The translations under genes and the position numbers were made by a program. DNA of 64,000 nucleotides from an uncultured virus (IMG/VR IMGVR_UViG_3300033153_006255) (lineage: Duplodnaviria > Heunggongvirae > Uroviricota > Caudoviricetes). This document shows, in pieces, positions 37,032 to 46,117 of the stretch. The stretch lies in IMG/VR virus record IMGVR_UViG_3300033153_006255; one strand, 5' to 3'. The notes under the pieces were generated by a model. That model worked only from the letters and a program-made list of their open reading frames with translations, was not told the DNA's origin and ran no database searches. The stretch's first letter is position 1. Every line of letters begins with the position of its first letter.

Positions 37032-37213
37032 TGAGAACCTATCCAATAGTATGTCCAAGTTGTAAAGGTAATGGGTGGATAAACCAACCAGAAGGAATAC
37101 ATAGTTCTACTACAAGAATATGCCCTGCCTGTAGTGGTAGTAAGATAGTAATGGTAACAGAGACAGATGATATTGATTATGGAAATACTACTTTAAAGTT
37201 AAAGGGGGAGTGA
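37028..37213 (+). CDS. DnaJ-type Zn-finger small protein
   Basis: CPSCKGNG...CPACSGS. Confidence 0.65.
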   Translation: MMRTYPIVCPSCKGNGWINQPEGIHSSTTRICPACSGSKIVMVTETDDIDYGNTTLKLKGE

Positions 37214-37425
37214 TGCCAAAAGTAACCATAACTTTTGATTTACCCAAGGAGAAGTCAGAACACACACTTGCTGTAAGAGCACACGAGTTCTTTGTATGCT
37301 TACTTGATATTGACACAGATGCGAGAAGTTATCTTAAATACGGACACAAGTTTGAAAACGCAGAGGAGGTTCTTGAATGGGTAAGAGAACAAATACCAAT
37401 TCATCTAATAGAGTGTGTAGAGTAG
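37210..37425 (+). CDS. Hypothetical phage protein
   Basis: KVTITFDLP...RSYLKY pattern. Confidence 0.6.
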   Translation: MMPKVTITFDLPKEKSEHTLAVRAHEFFVCLLDIDTDARSYLKYGHKFENAEEVLEWVREQIPIHLIECVE

Positions 37426-38437
37426 AAAGCATAGATGACTATATGAAAGAACTTGCTATTCGTAGTATCCGTAACATGTCAAAAAAGATTAAATTAGGAA
37501 ACACAACCCTTCAATATTACAACATAGGCGGAAATAAACGCCTTCATATTAACTTAGGTAGGGTTAAGAACGCTAAAGGGATACATACCAATACTCTCTA
37601 TTCCAGCATAGATGACGAGAGAGGTAGAGTTCCCTACTTTGAAATCTGGCAGGATAAGAAAGGTAAGACTACTGTGGGGTTGGAGATAATATGGGAATAA
37701 GGAGAAAAAAAATGAGTAAATTACAAAAGGTACAAACGCCGGAAGAGATATTAAAAGAAGTATATTATTTAGGACAGGTGGCGCATCTCCAAAAAGACTA
37801 CGACAAATCTATTGAGAAAGTTATCAACAGTGCGTTAGACCAACTTACTAAATACTATAAATGCCCTAAATGCGGAAAGGAGCAATAATGAAGAAGAAAA
37901 AATCTTCCATCCCAACAGTTCATAAAAGCTATTTGGTTTATGTGAATATCGAGAAAAAGGCCTTAGAAAAATGGCTTAAAGAGAGGGCAGATAAAAAGTG
38001 TTTAATGCGAATAGATATTAAGGACGCCACAAATGAGAAATAGAAACAGTAGAAGGAAAAAAGTATCTAGACAAAGACAAAGGAGGTTAAAAAAACACCG
38101 CAATAGAAACGGGAGGGGGTAATGTATAAATATGAGTGGGGTAGCTGTAGGCGTAAAAGAAGATTTAGGACAAAGAAGAGTGCATTAAATGCTATGAAAA
38201 CTATAAGAAAAAGACACATTGTAGTTCGAGAAATTAATATATATAAGTGCGAATTCTGTAATGGATATCACATTACTAGTATGCACCAAGTATAAGGAGA
38301 ACACTAATGAAGTATTTAGCAGCATTTTTAATAGGCATCATTGTTGGTTTCTCTGTTGCGGGAATAGCCTTTACAAGGGGTGTTATACGTGGTATAGTAG
38401 TAAATACAGTGAAGAATAAGTTAAACAAGGAGAAGAA

Positions 38438-38896
38438 ATGAGAATATATCTCGCTGGTTTTATTCAGGGGAGTAAGATTAAAGAGTGTAGCGAGTGGCGT
38501 AAAGAGATTAGAGAGCACTATGGTAATGAGAGTTATACATGGTTAGACCCATTAAACGGTAAAGACTTTGCCACCATTACTCCAGATGGTCTTAAATCAT
38601 CTATGCCACCACACGCGATAGTCCATAGGGACTGGCAATCAGTAACATCAGCAGATTTAATTATTGCCAATATGGATACATTTGGAGAAACACGGCCATT
38701 AACCGGAACTATCTGTGAATTGGCTTGGGCGTGGGAAAAACACGTGCCAATTATTATGATTACAGATGAGCATAAATATAAAGAGCACCCATTCTTGAAG
38801 TACTTCGCATCATGGATTGTAGGTACTACAAAAGAATTAATAGATGTAGACGCTATAAACTATTTTAAGAAAGGACAAGAAAATGCCGTATATTAA
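38438..38896 (+). CDS. Nucleoside 2-deoxyribosyltransferase-like protein
   Basis: IYLAG...WR...LDP...D...ADLIIA...GTICELAWA. Confidence 0.8.
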   Translation: MRIYLAGFIQGSKIKECSEWRKEIREHYGNESYTWLDPLNGKDFATITPDGLKSSMPPHAIVHRDWQSVTSADLIIANMDTFGETRPLTGTICELAWAWEKHVPIIMITDEHKYKEHPFLKYFASWIVGTTKELIDVDAINYFKKGQENAVY

Positions 38897-39131
38897 GAGA
38901 GAAGCTAGAGCAGAAATTATTAAGAATAAGACCGCAGCAATTCAAACGCCAGGTCACTTAAACTATTTCATAACAACAACTTGCAAGATATACTTAAAAG
39001 ATAGAGGAGAGAGTTATCAGACGTATAACGATATAGTAGGAGTGCTTGAGTGTGTTAAACAAGAGTATTACAGGCGTAGAATCGCACCATACGAAAACGT
39101 ACAGTTGAAAAGAAACGGGGATGTATTTTGA
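38883..39131 (+). CDS. Conserved small phage protein
   Basis: MPYIK...GHLNY...GVLECVKQEYYRR...PYE...NGDV. Confidence 0.7.
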   Translation: MPYIKREARAEIIKNKTAAIQTPGHLNYFITTTCKIYLKDRGESYQTYNDIVGVLECVKQEYYRRRIAPYENVQLKRNGDVF

Positions 39132-39158
39132 TGTTATATAGAGGAGGTCAGCGTCGAG

Positions 39159-40277
39159 GTGGGTATGAAGATACTTTTAGTAGAACCTAATTATAGGACA
39201 AAGTTCCCTAGTATTGGATTGATGAAGATTAGCACTTACCATAAGAAACGCGGCGATAGCGTGACTTATGTAAAGGGCGAAAATATGTATGTAGATACTC
39301 CAGATAGAATCTACGTAACCTCAATATTCACATACGATTACCATCACATCAGAAGAGCAATTCAATTTTATAGAAATCTATTTCCTAAGTCAAAGATATG
39401 GCTAGGGGGATTAGCGGCTACACTAATACCTCAGTACTTTGAAAACCTCGGCTTGGATAAAATCCACAGCGGAATTTGGGGTGAGGTTGAAAATGAGGTG
39501 CTGGACTATACTCTGCATCCAGACATTGATGTAACTATCATGTTTACACATAGGGGATGTGTACGGAAATGTCCGTGGTGTGTGGTGCATAGACATGAGC
39601 CGAAGTTTGCCGTCAAAGAGAATGTAGAACAATACATCGTTGATAAGTTCGACAAAATCTCTTGTTGGGATAATAACGCTCTCGCTAATCCCCAACTTGC
39701 AAAAGTTATAGACATTTTTGCAAAATCTAAAAAAGAAATAGACTTTAACCAGTCTTTAGACATCAGATTACTCACCGAAGATAAAGCAAAATTATTAAAG
39801 AAAATCAAACTTTACCCTTTACGTTTCGCCTTTGATGATATACAATATAAGGAGCAGTTTCTTAAAGGCGTAGAGTTATGTAAAAAGGTTGGCTTGAAAC
39901 AGGAGTGTAGAGTAGATGTACTATATAATTTTAAGGACACACCAGAAGATTTCTATCAAAGGCTTGATATAATCATGGATGCGGGGTGGATGGCATATCC
40001 AATGATATATAAACCAATATTTACTCCGGACAAGAACTACTTAGGAGAGCATTGGACTGAAGATGATTTAAAAATGTATCAGAATTTTTGTAAAAACACG
40101 CTGGGGCGTATTGGAGATTTCTTAAATCCAAGGTGTTACGTTTATTATAAAGATAAACGTGTAAAGCTCAAGGAGGTGATTAGAAAACGAGCATTCGATA
40201 TACCCGGTGTTAAAGAACAGAGAGCCCATATGGATACATACAAGGGCAAAACCAAGGCTCAATTAGAGCTATTTTAG
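39159..40277 (+). CDS. Radical SAM protein with N-terminal cobalamin-binding-like domain
   Basis: RGCVRKCPWC (CxxxCxxC); ILLVEP...GLMKIS...IWLGG. Confidence 0.85.
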   Translation: MGMKILLVEPNYRTKFPSIGLMKISTYHKKRGDSVTYVKGENMYVDTPDRIYVTSIFTYDYHHIRRAIQFYRNLFPKSKIWLGGLAATLIPQYFENLGLDKIHSGIWGEVENEVLDYTLHPDIDVTIMFTHRGCVRKCPWCVVHRHEPKFAVKENVEQYIVDKFDKISCWDNNALANPQLAKVIDIFAKSKKEIDFNQSLDIRLLTEDKAKLLKKIKLYPLRFAFDDIQYKEQFLKGVELCKKVGLKQECRVDVLYNFKDTPEDFYQRLDIIMDAGWMAYPMIYKPIFTPDKNYLGEHWTEDDLKMYQNFCKNTLGRIGDFLNPRCYVYYKDKRVKLKEVIRKRAFDIPGVKEQRAHMDTYKGKTKAQLELF

Positions 40278-40576
40278 GAGGAAATATGAGAACCACAATG
40301 TGGGAACTGAAGAGGGGAAAAGAATCATTTTATTACAACAACTATGATTGTGCAAGATTGGATTTTATTGCAACGCGCAAAGCTAATTCTGAATTAGCTA
40401 AATCCAAGAATCCATTTACTAGGAGACGCGCCGCAGTAGTAGAACTTAACCCATATAGAAATGAGGAAATATAACGTATACCCGGAGTAATCTAGGTATA
40501 ACGATATACGGGGCGAGGTTACTATGACATATGTGAAAATAGATAGTTTAACTTCGCCCCAATATTGAGGCAATAA

Positions 40577-41038
40577 ATGAAAATTACTAAAAAAAGCGTA
40601 CAGAAGCTACTAAAGAAGCTATGGTCGAATGTTGTTCGAACAAGAGATGGATTTGCGTGTCAATGGTGTGGTAAGGTCTCTAATAGGAACCATGCTCATC
40701 ACATAGTTGCAAAAAGTTTATGTAATAAGATTGGATTTTATGACCCCCGTAATGGCATGACACTTTGTTTTCGTTGTCATATCGTGAGACTCAAAAGCGA
40801 AGTCGATGAATATATAGCATTTAGGGATAAGTGGTTAGCGAGACGCAGTATGAATTATGTAGATTTACGCAAGGAATATATGCAAAAAAGCAATATGATA
40901 TTAGATGACTACTTAGCAATGCTACATAACTTAAAGATAATATATGGGAAACTAACAGATGAAAGTGAAAGTATTTACGACGACACACTGCCCGAAATGT
41001 CAGCAGGTAAAACAACGACTAAAAAAAGAAAACGTTAA
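40577..41038 (+). CDS. HNH endonuclease (NinG-like)
   Basis: RD...CQWC...HAHH...NGMTLCFRCH. Confidence 0.8.
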   Translation: MKITKKSVQKLLKKLWSNVVRTRDGFACQWCGKVSNRNHAHHIVAKSLCNKIGFYDPRNGMTLCFRCHIVRLKSEVDEYIAFRDKWLARRSMNYVDLRKEYMQKSNMILDDYLAMLHNLKIIYGKLTDESESIYDDTLPEMSAGKTTTKKRKR

Positions 41039-41255
41039 GTATGAAGAACTTAATATCGAAAATGGGCCAGATGAAATGTCAGAATTCTATTTTCATTCAG
41101 ATAGAGCAAGTGTGCCAATGATAGTTATAACTAATCCAAGTCCATTAGATGATGATATATTAGATATGAGTGATTTGTTTGTTATGCAGACAGATAAAGA
41201 AATAGAGAAAGCGTTTGATATAATAAAGGAGATGTGCAATGACAAAAAGGCTTAA
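40959..41255 (+). CDS. Glutaredoxin/NrdH-like protein
   Basis: VFTTTHCPKC...SVP. Confidence 0.8.
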   Translation: MKVKVFTTTHCPKCQQVKQRLKKENVKYEELNIENGPDEMSEFYFHSDRASVPMIVITNPSPLDDDILDMSDLFVMQTDKEIEKAFDIIKEMCNDKKA

Positions 41256-41487
41256 TGGGGGTTCAAGTCCAAGAAAAGAAGATGCATATAAGAGCCACTT
41301 TCCCATTACAGAGATGCATAAACGTAACAGAATGGAACGCATTAAAAGACAACTAAATAAAAGGCATCCAGGTAATAAATATGATATCGTGGATGAAGAG
41401 AAACACGGAAGAACATGCCACGTTATTAAACTTATTAAAGGAAAGAAACATAAAAAGACACATAAATCACACAGGAGCGTAGCATGA
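41239..41487 (+). CDS. Basic hypothetical protein
   Basis: 82 aa ORF coupled to neighbours. Confidence 0.5.
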   Translation: MTKRLNGGSSPRKEDAYKSHFPITEMHKRNRMERIKRQLNKRHPGNKYDIVDEEKHGRTCHVIKLIKGKKHKKTHKSHRSVA

Positions 41488-41804
41488 AACTAAAGGAGGG
41501 CACAAAGCATGACGTGGGAAAGGTTAGATTAGAATTAATACCACCAAGCCTGTTATATGCAGTGGGTGAAATACTAACCCTAGGTGCGAAAAAATACGAA
41601 GACCATAACTGGGCGAAGGGGATAAAGTGGAGTCGTGTATTCGGAGCGATGATGCGACACATGTGGTCTTGGTGGTGGGGGCAAGATAAGGATGCGGAGT
41701 GGGGTAAGTCACATCTGTGGCATGCAGCTTGTTGTCTTACATTTCTCATCGAGTATGAGAAGACGCGTCCAGAGTTTGATGATAGACCAAATGGAGGGAA
41801 ATAA
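41484..41804 (+). CDS. dATP/dGTP diphosphohydrolase-like protein (DUF5664)
   Basis: KHD.GK.R.ELIP...GAKKY..HNW.KG...RH...HL.HAAC. Confidence 0.8.
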   Translation: MKLKEGTKHDVGKVRLELIPPSLLYAVGEILTLGAKKYEDHNWAKGIKWSRVFGAMMRHMWSWWWGQDKDAEWGKSHLWHAACCLTFLIEYEKTRPEFDDRPNGGK

Positions 41805-43543
41805 TGAAATATGGAGAGTGTAAAATTAACTCAGATTATGCATATGTATTACCTATATCGGATATTCATATAGGCGATGCAGCGTTTGGGGAGGTAGGTT
41901 ACTCAAAATTATGTGATAATATAGAATGGGTGCGTAAGGAGCCCCATGCAAGAGTGTTCTTGAATGGAGATATATTAAATGTTGCTACTAGGTCATCTGC
42001 ATCAAGTCCATTGTTTCAGACAAAGAACCTACAGCAACAAGTTGATTTAGCAATAAAATTGTTTAGACCGATAGCAGAACAAGGGAAGGTCGTTGGTGCA
42101 ATAGATGGAAATCATGAGGAAAGATTACAGGATTTTGTGGGGTACTCCCCGCTTTCTGCATTGTGCCATATATTAAAGATACCATATTTTCAATATTCCG
42201 CTGTTATGGTATATCTTGTTGGTAAGGGTGGAAAAAAGATAGCATATACAATGTACCATCATCATTGCTTTGATGATGAGACTGAAATACTCACAAAAGA
42301 TGGATGGAAGAAACATGAAGGTATTTCTGATAAAGACTATGCTTTAACTCTCAACATAGAAACCGGAAATATGGAGTGGAATAAAATAGAAGGTAAATAC
42401 GAATATGATGATTATGACAAGATGGTTCACTTTAGTGGCAAAACATACGATTTGATGGTAACACATGACCACACATTAATTACAGCCACAAGACCAAACA
42501 TGACCATAAAGAAGGAACTAGCGAAAGATAAAATTGGCAATGAATGCACCTTCTTATGTGCTGGTAAGAATCCAACCCCAGATTATGGTATCTCTGATGA
42601 TTTATTGCGCATTTTATGCTGGGTTATAACGGAAGGAACAAATTTCAAGAATCGTTCCGATATGAGAATTACTCAAAACCAAAGTAACATAGGTAGAATA
42701 GTTAACATACTAGGTAATTTATCAAAGGAATTTGATACTAGATTTAGTGTGAGATTAAAATATAAAAAAGGAATTAGTGACGGTGTCAACAGGAATGAGA
42801 ACTCATATGAAATTAATATCCTGTCATGTGAGTTGCGAGAAGTGATTAAAGAACTTTTAGAAGATAAGAAAATTCCAGATATGTTTTTCAAGCTGTCTAA
42901 AAGACAGTTTGATATAGTATTATCAGAACTAATAGCTGGAGATGGCCACATAGATACTCGTGATGGTAGTGTAAATATGAGCTATGCCCAAAAAGATATA
43001 GGGGAACTAGACAAGTTACAGGCATTGTGTGTTATAAATGGGTACAGGTCCGTATTGAATTCCAAGTCGGAGGGGGCTAGGGTTGGTGTTTTAAATATTC
43101 TGCTTACTCAATATACAAGGATAAAAAAATCGCATAGCAAGGTGGTTCCTTATAGTGGAATTGCATGGTGTGTTTCAGTAAAGAACAAAACACTAGTTGC
43201 GAGGCGTAATGGGCGTGTAACCATAGCAGGTAACACTACTGGTGGAGGGTCTACGCCAGGTGGAAAGATGAATCGTGTAGACAAGCTAAGACAAATAGTC
43301 TCTAATTGCGACTGCTATATCGGCAGCCATAACCATCAGCTTGGTGTTATACCAGTTACAACTCGTACAGTTGATGTTATACATAAAAAGATTATAGTTG
43401 TAAGGCAGTTATTAATAGACTCTGGCAGTTATCTTCAGTGGGATGATAACTATTCTGAGGCAAAGATGTTTCCACCAGTGAAACTAGGAAGTCCGAGAAT
43501 TCGTCTAGATGGCAAGCGCAAAGACTGTCACGTCTCAGTATGA
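41804..43543 (+). CDS. Metallophosphoesterase containing an intein
   Basis: SDIHIG, NGD, GNHE, HHH|TTGGG, GSHNH. Confidence 0.85.
   Translation: MKYGECKINSDYAYVLPISDIHIGDAAFGEVGYSKLCDNIEWVRKEPHARVFLNGDILNVATRSSASSPLFQTKNLQQQVDLAIKLFRPIAEQGKVVGAIDGNHEERLQDFVGYSPLSALCHILKIPYFQYSAVMVYLVGKGGKKIAYTMYHHHCFDDETEILTKDGWKKHEGISDKDYALTLNIETGNMEWNKIEGKYEYDDYDKMVHFSGKTYDLMVTHDHTLITATRPNMTIKKELAKDKIGNECTFLCAGKNPTPDYGISDDLLRILCWVITEGTNFKNRSDMRITQNQSNIGRIVNILGNLSKEFDTRFSVRLKYKKGISDGVNRNENSYEINILSCELREVIKELLEDKKIPDMFFKLSKRQFDIVLSELIAGDGHIDTRDGSVNMSYAQKDIGELDKLQALCVINGYRSVLNSKSEGARVGVLNILLTQYTRIKKSHSKVVPYSGIAWCVSVKNKTLVARRNGRVTIAGNTTGGGSTPGGKMNRVDKLRQIVSNCDCYIGSHNHQLGVIPVTTRTVDVIHKKIIVVRQLLIDSGSYLQWDDNYSEAKMFPPVKLGSPRIRLDGKRKDCHVSV
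42266..43234 (+). mobile_element. Intein with LAGLIDADG-like domain in the metallophosphoesterase
   Basis: HHH|CFDDETEILT...RRNGRVTIAGN|TTG; WVITEG and LIAGDG blocks; 323 aa. Confidence 0.88.
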
Positions 43544-43666
43544 CATAAAAAAAGCCGTCGGAGCAATACTAGAATCCCTAATCCAACGCTACGATACAGG
43601 TTGGGAATTATGGATTAAGTGTAACTCCGACGGTTCAATACGTATTAAAGAAGGCTGCGATAGAGT

Positions 43667-43972
43667 TTACTCGTCGTCGTTTCCTAGAGAGCGCAGATAA
43701 GATACTGCAAGCTCTAGAATAGAGTTAATAAAACAACTCTTCAATTCTACGCCCCGAGACGTCGCTTTTTCTTTTATCTCATTAAAAGCCTTTTTTCTTT
43801 TCTCTGAATTGCTAATGTCCTCATAATCTAAGTCTGCACAAATCTCAATAGCAAATTCTAGTAATTCATCAAATATTTTCCTGCCAGCAGTGCTTAAAAT
43901 GGTTCCTAGAACCTTTTTCAAGACACTACCAACTCTTATAAAAAAGTATTTTATTCTTTCCCAGAAATTCAT
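43667..43972 (-). CDS. Holin-associated/holin-like protein
   Basis: End of the late operon; EKRKKAF...INSILELAV pattern. Confidence 0.45.
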   Translation of the reverse strand: MNFWERIKYFFIRVGSVLKKVLGTILSTAGRKIFDELLEFAIEICADLDYEDISNSEKRKKAFNEIKEKATSRGVELKSCFINSILELAVSYLRSLGNDDE

Positions 43973-44334
43973 TTTTTCTCCTCGGCTATAACAGCCTCTA
44001 CCATCTTTTGAATATCTTTGCTATCCTTATCAAAGATAGTATCTTTTATTTCCTCTTTTATTTCCTTCATTGCTGTATGCAATGCAAGCCTTTTTGCTTC
44101 ACCATCAAACTTACCACTTTTCTTCAATCCCCTAACCTGAGATTGAAATAAACTACGTACAGTCTTTTGCACTATAAGACGTAGTTTAGCTTCTATACCA
44201 TTATCTATGTCAACGTCATACTTCACCTCAAGCGTATTAAGAACTCGGCCAGCTTTCTTGGCTACCCATATTGCGACCAATCCACATATAGCTTTAATAG
44301 CCATTGCTAATATCTGTTCAGTTAATTCATTCAT
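43969..44334 (-). CDS. Holin-like protein (LL-H type)
   Basis: N-terminal TM helix; ends MVEAVIAEEK. Confidence 0.5.
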   Translation of the reverse strand: MNELTEQILAMAIKAICGLVAIWVAKKAGRVLNTLEVKYDVDIDNGIEAKLRLIVQKTVRSLFQSQVRGLKKSGKFDGEAKRLALHTAMKEIKEEIKDTIFDKDSKDIQKMVEAVIAEEKK

Positions 44335-44351
44335 TTTTTTGCCCTTTCATA

Positions 44352-45977
44352 TTATGTCTTAGTTAGTGTGTAAGTTGTACCACCAACTTGTAACTTTAAA
44401 TTAGAACCATCAAACCAAAAGTCTCCATCTACTGGAGAAGATGGTGCAGTATGTGCGCTAAAGTGAATATCAGCAGTCGTGTTATTTGAATTAAAGAATA
44501 ATCCAACTTTACCTGCAGCGGCCAATATCTTAAGCCCATCGCCAGAAGAAGAATGAATCTCCATACCATAACCAGTTCCATCATTATCTATTTCTAAAGC
44601 AGGTTCTGTAGAACCTGCACCTTGTTCTATTTTAAGTAAAGCACTATCAGCATTAACATGGTGTCCACTTGAAGCTAGCCACAATAGGTGTTTATTTGCA
44701 GCGAGAACAGTTGTATCTTGAGCTATAGATATAGCATTTTGTGTGCTGCTATGGTCTATTCTTATTCCTTGCCCATTGCCAGCTTGGGCAATCTCTATTC
44801 CTGTTCCCGTTCCATCGTTACCTATTTCTAATACTGGTTCTGAAGAAGACGCATGGTCTTGCACAATTTTCACAACAGCATTATCTGCTACATTTACTAT
44901 TCCTGTAGAAGTAATACGTAATCTAGACTTGTCTATAACTGATGATGATATAGTAAGTGTATCATCTGCTTTGGTCCATGTAAGAGCTGAATCGCCAGCT
45001 AAACTACCACCATCATTATATAAAATCTGTGTATCAGAACCACCTACACTTGCCCCTAAAGAGTAAAGTGGTCTCACGTCTTTTAATATGTATCCATCAG
45101 ACGGATTAGCATCCTTATCTTCATAATCTACTATCTTAGTCTCACCGACCCTATTGTACACTTCACAAATAGGAATAAGGTCACTAGTTACATCGGCCCA
45201 CTTAGCGGTTGGGCTTCCAGCTTCGTCACCAGTAGTCCATGCAAGTGTTCCAGATGTATTGATTGTTAAAATATCAATTCTAGGATTCGCAGCAGGTGCT
45301 ACTAGTGTAGGAGATGCTTGGGAAACTAGGGTTATGGGCTCTGTATCTGAGCCAGAATAAACATTATTATGGTAATTAGAGGAATCAGTACCTTCTACAG
45401 CAACAGCCATTGCAGTGATTGCCTCAATTGTATCAAAGTGATACGTTGAGTTATTACCTAATGTCCTAAAGCCATAAGATGTAATATCGCTCAATGTTGC
45501 GTCTGTACCATTGTTGCTATCAGGTGTAGTTAAATCTATAGTACTCTGTTGCCAAGTACCAGAAGCCGCGTTAGTAGTGAAGTCCCACCTGCTTTGGTCT
45601 CCACCACTATCTTGTGCAAAAAATTGTATTGCAGATGAACCACTTATAGCACAACGATTCCATATAGTAGCATCACTAAAATCGCTTAAATCAACAGAAT
45701 CTGTTCTGGTAATGGTTGTACCAGAGGTGCCAGTAACAGCTTCTAAAGAATAATTTCCCTCTTGCTTCGTAGTAGAACTTAAAATTGTACAATATGTACT
45801 TGTCCATTCTGCCCTAGCGATGGCATTAGTGGGATATTCCATATCATCTAAAGTCAGTGTAGAGCTAGCTCTGAGAGCCATTAAATCACCCTGATATAAA
45901 CCCCTCATTGAGTTTCTTAAATTCATTAAAGACATAGAGCCTGTGGGCTGGTCTTTATCAAACATGTGTCTTTCCAT
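44352..45977 (-). CDS. Tail fibre / receptor-binding protein
   Basis: APAANPRIDI, GGSDTQILYNDGG, G/T-rich beta repeats, PSSPVDGDFWFDG C-terminus. Confidence 0.75.
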   Translation of the reverse strand: MERHMFDKDQPTGSMSLMNLRNSMRGLYQGDLMALRASSTLTLDDMEYPTNAIARAEWTSTYCTILSSTTKQEGNYSLEAVTGTSGTTITRTDSVDLSDFSDATIWNRCAISGSSAIQFFAQDSGGDQSRWDFTTNAASGTWQQSTIDLTTPDSNNGTDATLSDITSYGFRTLGNNSTYHFDTIEAITAMAVAVEGTDSSNYHNNVYSGSDTEPITLVSQASPTLVAPAANPRIDILTINTSGTLAWTTGDEAGSPTAKWADVTSDLIPICEVYNRVGETKIVDYEDKDANPSDGYILKDVRPLYSLGASVGGSDTQILYNDGGSLAGDSALTWTKADDTLTISSSVIDKSRLRITSTGIVNVADNAVVKIVQDHASSSEPVLEIGNDGTGTGIEIAQAGNGQGIRIDHSSTQNAISIAQDTTVLAANKHLLWLASSGHHVNADSALLKIEQGAGSTEPALEIDNDGTGYGMEIHSSSGDGLKILAAAGKVGLFFNSNNTTADIHFSAHTAPSSPVDGDFWFDGSNLKLQVGGTTYTLTKT

Positions 45978-45978
45978 T

Positions 45979-46116
45979 TTAATCCCTCGCTTTAATTATT
46001 TTTGTATTACAAACTTCACACTTACCAGCATAAACTTTTCGTCTATTGCGTAAAGTAGAATTTTTTACAGTAAGCATTTCTCTAATTTTTTTACATTGTA
46101 TACAATATCCAGTCAT
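45979..46116 (-). CDS. Small Zn-binding protein (DUF5679-like)
   Basis: 45 aa MTGYCIQCKK...GKCEVCNTK; below the ORF-track cutoff. Confidence 0.55.
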   Translation of the reverse strand: MTGYCIQCKKIREMLTVKNSTLRNRRKVYAGKCEVCNTKIIKARD

Positions 46117-46117
46117 A

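Noticed and set aside
37014..37213. Shared C-terminal KxKGE in ORFs 36690 and 37028
   Set aside because: Fully explained by an embedded SD plus GTGATG overlap; only two copies and no N-x-W
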